64,000 nt of DNA from an uncultured Gammaproteobacteria bacterium. Lineage in GTDB: Bacteria; Patescibacteriota; Microgenomatia; Levybacterales; UBA12049. Each line of letters begins with the position of its first letter. Within the stretch, counting starts at the first letter, position 1. The notes beneath the pieces are model-generated. The model was not told where the DNA came from and ran no database searches. It was given only the letters and a program-made list of their open reading frames with translations. Position numbers and translations under genes: made by a program. The stretch lies in contig CAZRBN010000001.1 of assembly GCA_964598355.1 (NCBI GenBank), positions 5,839-69,838 on the forward strand. The letters are read 5' to 3'. Positions 38,522 to 47,221 of the stretch are shown here, piece after piece.

Positions 38522-39529
38522 TTAACTGATAGCTGAAAAAGACAGAGTAAACGTAGTACCTTTCCCTACACGACTTTCTACAGATATCGTCCCTTTGTGT
38601 TCTTCAATAATCTTTTTTGCAATAGAAAGTCCCAACCCATAGCCTGTTACTTTATTCTTTGTCCGAGATTTTTCAGCCCGATAAAATCTGTCAAAAATAG
38701 ATGGAATGTCTTCTTTCTCTATCCCAATACCATTATCTTGTATAATAAGATTGATATGACTATCTATTTTTCTTGTTACAATAGTAACTGAACTTCCCCT
38801 CGGACTGTATTTAATTGCATTATCAAGAAAAATAAGGAATAATTCTTCGAAACTTTGCGCGTCTCCTTTTATTGTATGCCGAGTAATTTTTTGAGTAATT
38901 GTTATATTTTTTGCCTTTGCCAATGGAGCAATTTTTTTAACAGCAATATCTATAATCTCAGACAAAGAAATGATTGTAAATGTAGGACTTCTCTGTATTT
39001 TTTCAGATTGAGAAAGACGAAGCAAATTGTCTGAAAGAACTTGAATAGAGGTAATATCTTCAAGACTTCCTTCTAAAACCTTTTTTGCATCAGCAAGGCT
39101 TAACTGTTTATCTCTGAGTGCTACCTCAATACTGGTACGAGTTGCTGTAAGAGGAGTGCGAAGCTCATGAGACGCATCAGTAATAAAACGGTTTTGCTCA
39201 GTAACCATATGTTGTATTGGTCGAAGCGTTCTTCCCGCAAGAAAATACCCACCACCACCAGCTACAATAAAAACAATACCATTTAAAAAAATAAGTGACC
39301 ACAATAATCGTTGCTCTGATTCTCGTAAGTCTTGAATCCGTTGTTGCGTAAATTGAGAAGGCATATGATACAAATCAAATGGATCTTGTCTTTGATGCTC
39401 CATACGGTTAATGAGTCGTTGTACTTCTTGCGTTGTTACATTGTAGAATGCCAAACTAAATAAGATACTTATTCCCATAATAATGAGAAGATACCAGGCA
39501 GTCAGTGTTAAACGTGCGCTATGAAACAT
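38522..39529 (-). CDS. Membrane sensor histidine kinase (2 TM, HisKA, HATPase_c)
   Basis: H-box ITDASHELRTPLTA, N-box and G-boxes IQDNGIGIEKEDIPSIFDRFYR...GYGLGLSIAKKI. 335 aa. Confidence 0.85.
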   Translation of the reverse strand: MFHSARLTLTAWYLLIIMGISILFSLAFYNVTTQEVQRLINRMEHQRQDPFDLYHMPSQFTQQRIQDLRESEQRLLWSLIFLNGIVFIVAGGGGYFLAGRTLRPIQHMVTEQNRFITDASHELRTPLTATRTSIEVALRDKQLSLADAKKVLEGSLEDITSIQVLSDNLLRLSQSEKIQRSPTFTIISLSEIIDIAVKKIAPLAKAKNITITQKITRHTIKGDAQSFEELFLIFLDNAIKYSPRGSSVTIVTRKIDSHINLIIQDNGIGIEKEDIPSIFDRFYRAEKSRTKNKVTGYGLGLSIAKKIIEEHKGTISVESRVGKGTTFTLSFSAIS

Positions 39530-39605
39530 AATACAAACGTTAAAAGTTTACAGTGAAAAATTAAAAATTACGATACTTTTATTTATACATAAGGTACCAG
39601 CACTT

Positions 39606-40283
39606 TTAACTTACTCCTACCTTGTATCCAAAGCCTCGTATTGTGTGAATAAGTTTTAGTCTGTTAGGAAAGGGTTTATCAATTTTATTTCGCAAGTACC
39701 CTATATAAACCTCTATCGTATTGGGAAGAATATCTGCATCATAATTCCATACATGAGTAATAATTTGTTCTTTCGATAGTATTTTATTTTGATGACGAAG
39801 CATATATTCCAGAAGTGCAAATTCTTTACTTGAAAGCTGCACTTCTGTACTTCCGCGTTTTACTTCAAAAGAATCGATATCCAAAGATAAATCACCACAT
39901 GAAAGGATATTGCTCACACTTTTTTTAGGCCTTCTTACTAACGCGCGAATTCTTACCAGCAATTCTTCGAAAGCAAATGGCTTTACTAAATAGTCATCTG
40001 CTCCAGCGTTAAATCCTTCGAGTCTATCTTGCAATTGTCCTTTTGCTGTTAACATGAGGATTGGAGTATGGTTTTCTTTTTCTCGAAGATGCTTGCAGAT
40101 TGTTACTCCGTCTATTTCTGGTAAAAGCCTATCTAAGATAATAAGATCATACTCTTCAGTACTGGCCAAATCCAATCCTTCTGTTCCAGTATAGACAACA
40201 TCTACTGTATAGGATTCTTGCTCAAGACCTTTTTTAATAGATCCCGCAATCTTATAATCATCCTCAACTAATAACAATTTCAT
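39606..40283 (-). CDS. OmpR-family response regulator, cognate partner of the adjacent kinase
   Basis: MKLLLVEDDYKIAGSIKKGLEQESY...LIILDRLLPEIDG...ILMLTAKGQ plus a winged helix. The ORF track extends to 40316. Confidence 0.85.
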   Translation of the reverse strand: MKLLLVEDDYKIAGSIKKGLEQESYTVDVVYTGTEGLDLASTEEYDLIILDRLLPEIDGVTICKHLREKENHTPILMLTAKGQLQDRLEGFNAGADDYLVKPFAFEELLVRIRALVRRPKKSVSNILSCGDLSLDIDSFEVKRGSTEVQLSSKEFALLEYMLRHQNKILSKEQIITHVWNYDADILPNTIEVYIGYLRNKIDKPFPNRLKLIHTIRGFGYKVGVS

Positions 40284-40333
40284 GAGGTTATTATACTCCT
40301 TTTGTCCTGAGAACAAGCTGAAAGGAAGCTTAA

Positions 40334-41836
40334 TTAAACAAAACCTGGGAAGTAATCTTTTTTAATGTGAGAAATACCAATTTTTTTCAACGTATTTCCA
40401 AAGGATTCTATCATGGCATTTGGGCCCGAAAGATAAAAAATTCTCTCTTTAAAATCTGGGATTTCTTTTTGTATTAATTGTTCATCAATTCGTCCTATAT
40501 GTCCTTTCCAGTTTTTGGGAATGTTTTTGATATCTGTAATAGTATAGATAACTTTTATTCCCATCTCTTTTGCTGCTTCATCAAATATATTTCTATAAGC
40601 AAAATCCTCATAATTTTTTGCGGTATATAACACAACAATATCTCGTTTTTCTTTTGTATCTAGTATAGATTTCACCATACTTCTAAATGGCGTAACACCA
40701 ATTCCTCCTGCAATAAAAACAAGTTTTTTCCTCAGATCTTTTGGCATAGTAAAATCTCCTGCTATTTGACCTGCTATAATTTCACTATTTTCAGAAAGAG
40801 AAGAAAGCTTGTTTTTAAAACTACTCCCATGAGGAGTAAATCGTACTCCCAAAACAATATCTCTTTCTGTAGGTGATGAAGCAATAGTAAAATAGCGCCT
40901 ATTCCCTCGACTATCACTTTTGGAATGAGATAATGTCCACTCCATATATTGTCCTGGAAGAAAAGAAAACTTCTGAGAGGTTGAGAAAATAACATTATAG
41001 ATATCCTCTGTTATCTTCGTTTTCTCTTTCAACAGTAATTGAAGTCTTACTTTTGGACTGACAATGAAAGAATAGATATTCCCTAAAAGTAGTGCTATTT
41101 CAGGAGTTGTGTAGAAATTTACAACATGAATTTCTGGTGAGAAAAGCAATCCTACTATTCCTCCATACACAAGTTGCAGTATTCTTGTTGGTGGAGTTGT
41201 TAAGGGCTCGGTTAACATAACGAATGCAAAAAAGAGAATTGGGGTCTCAAGTAATGTATTTTTTAAATAAACTAAAGGATCTGTTTTATGTGTAATGTCA
41301 AAACCAAAAATAGTGAGGAGCGCTACAATAAAAAAAGTAAAGACCATATCTTCTCGTCTAATTTTTCTTACAACCAATAATCCCCCTATCAAAACAATTG
41401 GCATCATCCACACTGTCCCAACCCACCAACTTGCATATTGTCCAGTAATAAGTCCTCCAAGAGCGATACCAAAAGCAACAGGATTAAAAATATGTTTTTT
41501 ATTCAGATTTACGATATATTTGGAAGCAATAGTAATTAGTGCAGCAATTGCCAAAAATACTATAGATTTTGGACTGATAATAAGAGCTAAAATAAGTGCG
41601 GAGATATATACAGATTCAATATTTGTCTGAACCGTAAAAAGCACTGCAAACACTTTATTTGTAACCCAACATATACTGAGCAAAAGAAATGTTGAAAGCA
41701 AAAGGGCAAATGGGGTAAATGGAAGCAGATGAAAGAAAGTGAGAATTTCAGCAATAAGCAATAATACCATAAGATAGTACAGCAAAAGTCTGTACATAGT
41801 GATTCTGTTAAGATAGTAGTCAACAAAAGTAAACAT
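40334..41836 (-). CDS. Membrane oxidoreductase: ~270-aa polytopic N-terminal domain fused to an FNR-like FAD/NAD(P)H-binding reductase module
   Basis: Six or seven TM helices, then RRYFTIASSP (the RxYS FAD-binding motif) and VFIAGGIGVTPFRSM (NAD(P)-binding GGxGxxP). 500 aa. It shares one strand and tight spacing with the ApbE and FMN-binding genes. Confidence 0.65.
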   Translation of the reverse strand: MFTFVDYYLNRITMYRLLLYYLMVLLLIAEILTFFHLLPFTPFALLLSTFLLLSICWVTNKVFAVLFTVQTNIESVYISALILALIISPKSIVFLAIAALITIASKYIVNLNKKHIFNPVAFGIALGGLITGQYASWWVGTVWMMPIVLIGGLLVVRKIRREDMVFTFFIVALLTIFGFDITHKTDPLVYLKNTLLETPILFFAFVMLTEPLTTPPTRILQLVYGGIVGLLFSPEIHVVNFYTTPEIALLLGNIYSFIVSPKVRLQLLLKEKTKITEDIYNVIFSTSQKFSFLPGQYMEWTLSHSKSDSRGNRRYFTIASSPTERDIVLGVRFTPHGSSFKNKLSSLSENSEIIAGQIAGDFTMPKDLRKKLVFIAGGIGVTPFRSMVKSILDTKEKRDIVVLYTAKNYEDFAYRNIFDEAAKEMGIKVIYTITDIKNIPKNWKGHIGRIDEQLIQKEIPDFKERIFYLSGPNAMIESFGNTLKKIGISHIKKDYFPGFV

Positions 41837-41923
41837 ATATAAAATTAAAAATTATGGTACTTTTATTTATAATACGTGAGGCATCATCACTTTTCACTTT
41901 TAATTGTAAATTTTTAATTTTAT
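41837..41923. promoter_or_regulatory. Recurrent AT-rich element flanked by the inverted repeat AAAATTAAAAATT ... AATTTTTAATTTT; it fills the whole spacer between the ApbE gene and the membrane oxidoreductase gene
   Basis: TATAAAATTAAAAATTATGGTACTTTTATTTATAAT contains TTAAAA, a 17-bp spacer and TATAAT (41868-41873). The reverse-complement arm lies at 41908-41923. Confidence 0.4.
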
Positions 41924-42664
41924 TTATATTGTGTACTTCTCCCATCCACTGGTATACGTCGCCAGACCTTCACTGTCTATCATATATCCTTCTATGTCTT
42001 TTTGTCTTTCTATAAAATTGATACCGGTCTTTCCCATAGCAAATGCTGCTGTTGCAAATCTATCTGCTTCATAAATATTTTTTCCAATAACAGTCAGGCT
42101 GATAATATCTGTAATAATTGTTCCATTTCGGTGAGGATTATAAACATGTTGTCCTCGTATATACGTACCTGATGTTGCAATGCCTTCGTTAGTCAAATAA
42201 ACAACTTTCACAATTTCTTCTAGATTGAAGGGATTTTTAATACCAACTCTCCATTTTTCCCCTTTACTATTTCTTCCATTCACCTGAATATCTCCTCCCG
42301 CTTCCACGTAATAGTTTTTAAAACCTTCTTTCTCCAGATTCTTTGCAGCGTTATAAATAGCCCATCCTTTCACAAGTCCTGACGGGTCAATATCCCCATT
42401 GTGAACAATGTTAAAATACCCATTTGTATGTTGTCTTGTTTCTTCAGATAGTCTTAAAACTTCCTGCATTGCTTCACTATATTCATTTTCTTTCATTTCT
42501 CCTCTATTAATTTTTGAAATTTCACTATTTTCTTTGTAGGTACTAAAGCGGTTATCTATAGAAATAAAATAATCAAAAACTTTTTCGAGATTTTCTTTCA
42601 TTGCAGAAGGGTCAACTATTTCAATAGTAATGGGCATTCCCATTAAGAAGTGGTTCTGTTTCAT
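41924..42664 (-). CDS. apbE: ApbE/Ftp-family FAD:protein FMN transferase (flavinylation enzyme)
   Basis: MGMPITIEI, GLVKGWAIYNA, EAGGDIQVNG and IATSGTYIRG are the ApbE family motifs. 246 aa, apparently without a signal peptide. Confidence 0.8.
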   Translation of the reverse strand: MKQNHFLMGMPITIEIVDPSAMKENLEKVFDYFISIDNRFSTYKENSEISKINRGEMKENEYSEAMQEVLRLSEETRQHTNGYFNIVHNGDIDPSGLVKGWAIYNAAKNLEKEGFKNYYVEAGGDIQVNGRNSKGEKWRVGIKNPFNLEEIVKVVYLTNEGIATSGTYIRGQHVYNPHRNGTIITDIISLTVIGKNIYEADRFATAAFAMGKTGINFIERQKDIEGYMIDSEGLATYTSGWEKYTI

Positions 42665-43158
42665 TGAGCTTTTGCAAGAGCAGATGCAAGAGATTGATTG
42701 AATGCATCACTAGTCTGTGTTGCACCTGAAATAATATCAACTGGTGCAGATTGTTTTTGGATTACTTCTTGCTTTAAGATAGGCAGTGCTTCATTACTGA
42801 CTTCCGCTGTATGGCCTGGTTTGTTAGGGAATTGAAGAAGTTGCACATCACTAATTTTGCCCCCTGCTACAACCACTTGTACTTGCATCATCCCATAAAA
42901 TGCATCAGTTGTATCTCCTGTATAGGTACCATTTTTATATGCTTTTCCCCCTGCTTGACTAGGTATTGGAGACCCTGACCCAGCAGAAGAGGTGGAAGTA
43001 GTTGCATTATTAGTTGGATTTGCTCCAGCAGAACTTGTTGGATTGGTAGTAATATCAGGAGATTTTGCTGTTGTTGTAGATTGACCGTTTATTTTTTGGA
43101 AGAGAATATATCCTCCTAATACCAAAACTAAAACAAAAACAATTGCTAGTTTTTTCAT
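42661..43158 (-). CDS. Secreted/anchored FMN-binding-domain protein (NqrC/RnfG/PplA-like flavinylation substrate)
   Basis: N-terminal signal/TM and an S/T/N-rich linker. The FMN_bind domain carries DIISGATQTSDAF, the [S/T]GA[S/T] flavinylation motif. Overlaps the apbE start by 4 bp. Confidence 0.75.
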   Translation of the reverse strand: MKKLAIVFVLVLVLGGYILFQKINGQSTTTAKSPDITTNPTSSAGANPTNNATTSTSSAGSGSPIPSQAGGKAYKNGTYTGDTTDAFYGMMQVQVVVAGGKISDVQLLQFPNKPGHTAEVSNEALPILKQEVIQKQSAPVDIISGATQTSDAFNQSLASALAKAQ

Positions 43159-43248
43159 ATACGTTTATGTACTATACCATACTTGTCAAAACTGAGAAAT
43201 AGCTGAAAAAATTCTTATATATTATTTTTGGACTATCCTACAAGTTAC

Positions 43249-44091
43249 TTATACCTCTTTATCCTCATGAGAAACTAGATTATAGAGATGAGGAGAAATA
43301 GCATGCACTAAAGATACAGTAAGCAAGTACGACATTGCTGAAAGACCTGCAATAAAAAAACTTGGTGGACCATGCAACAGTAAGGCTAGTAGTAGTCCTC
43401 CCCATGTAAAAAATAATCCAAGAAGTATAGAGAGCACAATTGTTGTGAAAGGACGCTTACTTATATGTTGTGCTATTGCAGCAGGTGCTACAACAAGAGC
43501 AAATACTAGCAAAACTCCAACGATAAGAATTGCTTCTGTTACTGCTACTGCAAGAAGTATCATAAAAATAATTGATAGAAAATTAACTGGTACTCCTCGT
43601 GCTGTTGCCACTTCTGGGTCAACAGAGGCAAAAAGTAGAGGACGAAATAAGACAACAATGAATATAATTGTAACAATGCCAGTTATAATACTTAGCCATA
43701 AATCAAATGTTGTCACACTGAGAATTGATCCAAAGAGAATACCAACTGCCTCATTAGCATTTGTTGTATAGAGTTTGAGAAACAACACTCCTAGACCTAG
43801 TGCAAAGGAAAGAATCATACCAATTTCGACATCCCTTCCTTGTATTCGTTTGCCAAGTGTTCCCATACCTAGTGCCGCCAAAATGGTAAAAATGAATGTT
43901 CCTGTTAAAGAACTTACACTAATGAGTGCTGCGCCTGTAGCTCCTGCAAACCCAATATGTGACAGTGCATGTGCAGCAAAAGCTTGGGAGCGTAGTACAA
44001 CGAAATATCCAATAACTGCTGACGTTATCGCAATAATGGTTCCCGCAAGAAGGGCATATTGGACAAATTGATAATGAAGAAGAGCAATCAT
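43249..44091 (-). CDS. ABC-3 family metal (Zn/Mn/Fe) transporter permease
   Basis: 280 aa, about 8 TM, ZnuB/TroD-like (LLAGTIIAITSAVIGYFVVLRSQAFAAHALSHIGFAGA). Confidence 0.8.
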   Translation of the reverse strand: MIALLHYQFVQYALLAGTIIAITSAVIGYFVVLRSQAFAAHALSHIGFAGATGAALISVSSLTGTFIFTILAALGMGTLGKRIQGRDVEIGMILSFALGLGVLFLKLYTTNANEAVGILFGSILSVTTFDLWLSIITGIVTIIFIVVLFRPLLFASVDPEVATARGVPVNFLSIIFMILLAVAVTEAILIVGVLLVFALVVAPAAIAQHISKRPFTTIVLSILLGLFFTWGGLLLALLLHGPPSFFIAGLSAMSYLLTVSLVHAISPHLYNLVSHEDKEV

Positions 44092-44900
44092 ATTTTTCTT
44101 TTCGCAACTGCTGGTACAAATAATCGAACAGGCAAATAGATACCAAATGACAATGTAGCAATAAAGAAAGAAACGGGGAGATTTGTTGTAGCTGCTAAGA
44201 AAATACCAATCCAGCTATATAAAAGACCTAAGACAATTGCAAGGCCTATTGCACTGTACGGACTTGTCGTTAATCTCATTGCAGTAGCAGCAGGTCCGAC
44301 AAGAAGAGTAAAAATAAGAAGTACTCCTACTACTTGTACGGAAATAGAGACAGTGATAGCAACGAGAATAAGAAAAGCTATTGAAAGTAATTTGGTCGGC
44401 ACTCCTCGTGCTTCTGCTACTTCAGGATCAAACGAGCTGAAAAGAAGCGGACGAAAAAGAATTGCAAGAATGCCCAAAGTTAAAAGACTAAAAAGTGTTG
44501 TTATAAGCACACTCACTGAACCAATTCCAAGTATCGTTCCAAAAAGGATACTGTATGCTCCTTCTGCATAGCCGACATAAAGAAATAAAAATAATACACC
44601 AAAAGCAAGTGCCAACGTGAAAATAATACCAATTGTTATATCTCTTTCACGAAGTTGTTTTCCTAGAGAACCAATTGCCACAGCTGCGATAATGGTAAAA
44701 AAAAGTAGTCCCCATAATGGATTAATGCCAAGCCAAACTGCTCCTGCTGCTCCTGCGAATCCTACATGAGAAAAAGCATGCCCAGCAAATGTTAACCCCC
44801 GTACAAGAATAAAATACCCAATAACAGCAGCTACAACAGAAACAAAGAAAGAAGCAAGGAATGCATTCTGAATAAATGGATACTGCAGAATCTCAAACAT
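44088..44900 (-). CDS. ABC-3 family metal transporter permease (second subunit, TroC-like)
   Basis: 270 aa, a paralog of the downstream permease (FLASFFVSVVAAVIGYFILVRGLTFAGHAFSHVGFAGA). Confidence 0.8.
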   Translation of the reverse strand: MFEILQYPFIQNAFLASFFVSVVAAVIGYFILVRGLTFAGHAFSHVGFAGAAGAVWLGINPLWGLLFFTIIAAVAIGSLGKQLRERDITIGIIFTLALAFGVLFLFLYVGYAEGAYSILFGTILGIGSVSVLITTLFSLLTLGILAILFRPLLFSSFDPEVAEARGVPTKLLSIAFLILVAITVSISVQVVGVLLIFTLLVGPAATAMRLTTSPYSAIGLAIVLGLLYSWIGIFLAATTNLPVSFFIATLSFGIYLPVRLFVPAVAKRKI

Positions 44901-44905
44901 GGTAC

Positions 44906-45697
44906 CTAACGTTCTTCTCCAAGAACAAAAACTCTTCCTTTCGTTTCTATTACTTCAATTGGTGAATTGTAAAGTTTTGATAGTGCTTCGCTCGTAATAA
45001 CCTCTTCTGTTTTTCCTATTGCACTATGTGTATTTGCCATGTATAAAACTCTATTAATAACTGGAAGAAGCAAATTAACATCATGCGTAACCAGTAAAAC
45101 AGTAATATGTCTGGTACGAGCAATTTTTGTTACTAATGAAACTATTGCTTGTGCATGAGTAATATCTAGATTTGACAAAGGTTCGTCTAAAAGAAGAATT
45201 TTAGGATGAGTAAGCAGTGCTTGCGCTATGAGCAGTCTCTGCTGTTCGCCACCTGATAATCTTCCTACAGGCACATCAGCTAAGGGAAGTAAATCAACTT
45301 CATGGAGGGCGCGTTCTACATGTTGATCTCTCTCCTTATTTGGAAATGAAATACCCCATTTGTTCCCATCTAGTCCAAACCCCACAACATCTCTTGCTCG
45401 TAAAGCTAAATCAGCTTCTAATATCCGATGTTGTGGAGCATACCCCATTTCATTATTACCTCTTTTTGGAGATTTGCCAAGAATGGTTATTCTACCTTTT
45501 GTTGGTTTATATAGCCCAAGTAATAATTTAAGAAGCGTACTCTTTCCTGCACCATTTGGGCCTAACACTGCAATAAATTCTCCCTCATCAATCGTCAAAC
45601 TGATATCATGAAAAATTGTTCTTCCACCAAGTGCAAGATCTACATTTTGTAATTCTATGTCGGGTTGTTGCATAAGTAGTTTTATTGTACTATGCAT
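44906..45697 (-). CDS. Metal ABC transporter ATP-binding protein (ZnuC/TroB-like)
   Basis: Walker A GPNGAGKSTLLK, signature LSGGEQQRLLIAQAL, Walker B LLLDEP. Confidence 0.85.
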   Translation of the reverse strand: MHSTIKLLMQQPDIELQNVDLALGGRTIFHDISLTIDEGEFIAVLGPNGAGKSTLLKLLLGLYKPTKGRITILGKSPKRGNNEMGYAPQHRILEADLALRARDVVGFGLDGNKWGISFPNKERDQHVERALHEVDLLPLADVPVGRLSGGEQQRLLIAQALLTHPKILLLDEPLSNLDITHAQAIVSLVTKIARTRHITVLLVTHDVNLLLPVINRVLYMANTHSAIGKTEEVITSEALSKLYNSPIEVIETKGRVFVLGEER

Positions 45698-46617
45698 TAG
45701 CGAGAAGAGGAAGATGCAAGAGCTTGTTCTAAGTTATTTAACTGATCCATCATCCAACTCTGGTAATGTTTTGTCGTAGGCATAGTTTCAGTTGCCGAGA
45801 CAACTGGAATATTGTTTTGCTTTGCTTCATTTTGGAGATTTGTTGTAACCGGAGTAACCGTTTGTGCATTATAGATAAGGACTTTTACTTGTTTTTTTGT
45901 TATTTGATCGTTTGTTGTTGCAACATCTTGTGCTGATGGATCATTTCCTTCTGCAATTGCTCGTTCAAACCCAATTGGAGTGAGAACAGTAAGGCCCATT
46001 GGTTGCGTTTGGTATAGGTAAATTGTTTCTGTTAAAGCAACTGAAGTGTTAGCGTATTTCATTTTAATCTGGCTCATTTTTTGTTGCAGCGGTTGCAGAG
46101 ATGCATCAAACTTTGCAAGATTTTGATCATATTCTAAAGTATGACTTGGATCATCTTTTTTGAGTGTCTCTGTTATTTTAGCGGCAATTGTTTGAACATT
46201 ATCAAGTCCATACCAAACATGTGGATTATCTTCTAACTTGTGGTTGGCAATATCAGCTCCCACCAAAATAGTTCTATTCTTATTTGGGGATGCAGAAAGT
46301 AGTTTATCCATCCATGTGTCATAACCGGCTCCATTTTCAATCACAAAATTTGCATGACTTATTGCTATACCATCTTGTACATTTGACTCATATTCGTGAG
46401 GATCAACATTTGGGTCAGAAAGAATACTTGTTACTTGGACATTATTACCACCAAGTTGTTTTGTAATATCTCCATAGAAATTTTCTGCTGCAACAATTTG
46501 TAGCTTACTACTTGAATTTTGAATATTCCTATGTCCAGTTAAAACAAAAAAACTCAAACTTATAATACCTATGAGAACTAGTAATAATAAAAAATTTTTC
46601 ATACTGTTTTTTGTCAT
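45697..46617 (-). CDS. Metal-binding lipoprotein / substrate-binding protein (ZnuA/TroA, cluster A-I)
   Basis: Signal peptide. DPHEYE and NPHVWYG are the His-containing metal-site motifs of the TroA/ZnuA family. Confidence 0.8.
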   Translation of the reverse strand: MTKNSMKNFLLLLVLIGIISLSFFVLTGHRNIQNSSSKLQIVAAENFYGDITKQLGGNNVQVTSILSDPNVDPHEYESNVQDGIAISHANFVIENGAGYDTWMDKLLSASPNKNRTILVGADIANHKLEDNPHVWYGLDNVQTIAAKITETLKKDDPSHTLEYDQNLAKFDASLQPLQQKMSQIKMKYANTSVALTETIYLYQTQPMGLTVLTPIGFERAIAEGNDPSAQDVATTNDQITKKQVKVLIYNAQTVTPVTTNLQNEAKQNNIPVVSATETMPTTKHYQSWMMDQLNNLEQALASSSSR

Positions 46618-46686
46618 TTATGCAAAAGCGAGAATATTATCCTCAGTTTCTAGATTTCGACTTAGTTAAAATGACAGTGTTACTCA

Positions 46687-47106
46687 TTATTGTTGACAAT
46701 CTTTACAAAGTCCAAAAAACTCCAAGGAGTGTTGCCTAACTAAAAATCCTTTCTTTTTCTTAATATCTTTTTCAAGTTCGCCAATATTACAATCAGAGAT
46801 ATCTTCAATTTTTCCACACTGTTCACAAATAAGATGGTGATGCTCTCCTTTATTTAATTCATATCGAGCTTTTCCTTCACCAAATTCTACCTTTCGTAAA
46901 AGTCCTTTTTCAACAAATGCATTAATTATTCTAAACACAGTTACCCTGTCTATTCCTAAATCTTTTTGTAAATGATCGATAAGATGCTGTGCATCGAGAG
47001 GAGTATCATGTGATTCAAAAAGCTGCATTGTTGCAACTCGCGCGGGAGTTACTTGCAAAGAAACTTCTTGTAATTCTCTTCTGCAATCGTGTTGCGTATT
47101 TATCAT
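46687..47106 (-). CDS. Fur-family metalloregulator (Zur/Mur/Fur)
   Basis: Winged helix FRIINAFVEKGLLRKVEF, then HHHLICEQCG...CKDC, the metal-site His cluster and two CxxC pairs. 139 aa. Confidence 0.8.
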   Translation of the reverse strand: MINTQHDCRRELQEVSLQVTPARVATMQLFESHDTPLDAQHLIDHLQKDLGIDRVTVFRIINAFVEKGLLRKVEFGEGKARYELNKGEHHHLICEQCGKIEDISDCNIGELEKDIKKKKGFLVRQHSLEFFGLCKDCQQ

Positions 47107-47117
47107 ATCAACATTAT

Positions 47118-47134
47118 ATGCAACTTTGTTGCAT
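47118..47134. promoter_or_regulatory. Perfect inverted repeat ATGCAAC-TTT-GTTGCAT immediately upstream of the Fur-family gene start; candidate operator
   Basis: Read directly: a 7-bp arm, 3-bp spacer, 7-bp arm. It lies 12 bp upstream of the fur-like start codon (minus strand). Confidence 0.35.
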
Positions 47135-47221
47135 GTGTCAATAGCAGTCTTTCAACTAAAATCCTTTAGGAGTATGTGCAGAAAGCGTAAGAGTAACAAA
47201 AAAATAAATAGCAAAAAATTT

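Noticed and set aside
40334-41836. Assigning the membrane-FNR fusion to the NOX/ferric-reductase (YedZ/MsrQ-like b-haem) family
   Set aside because: The TM domain lacks the two His pairs spaced ~13 residues apart on helices 3 and 5 that ligate the b-haems. It is kept as an unclassified membrane domain.
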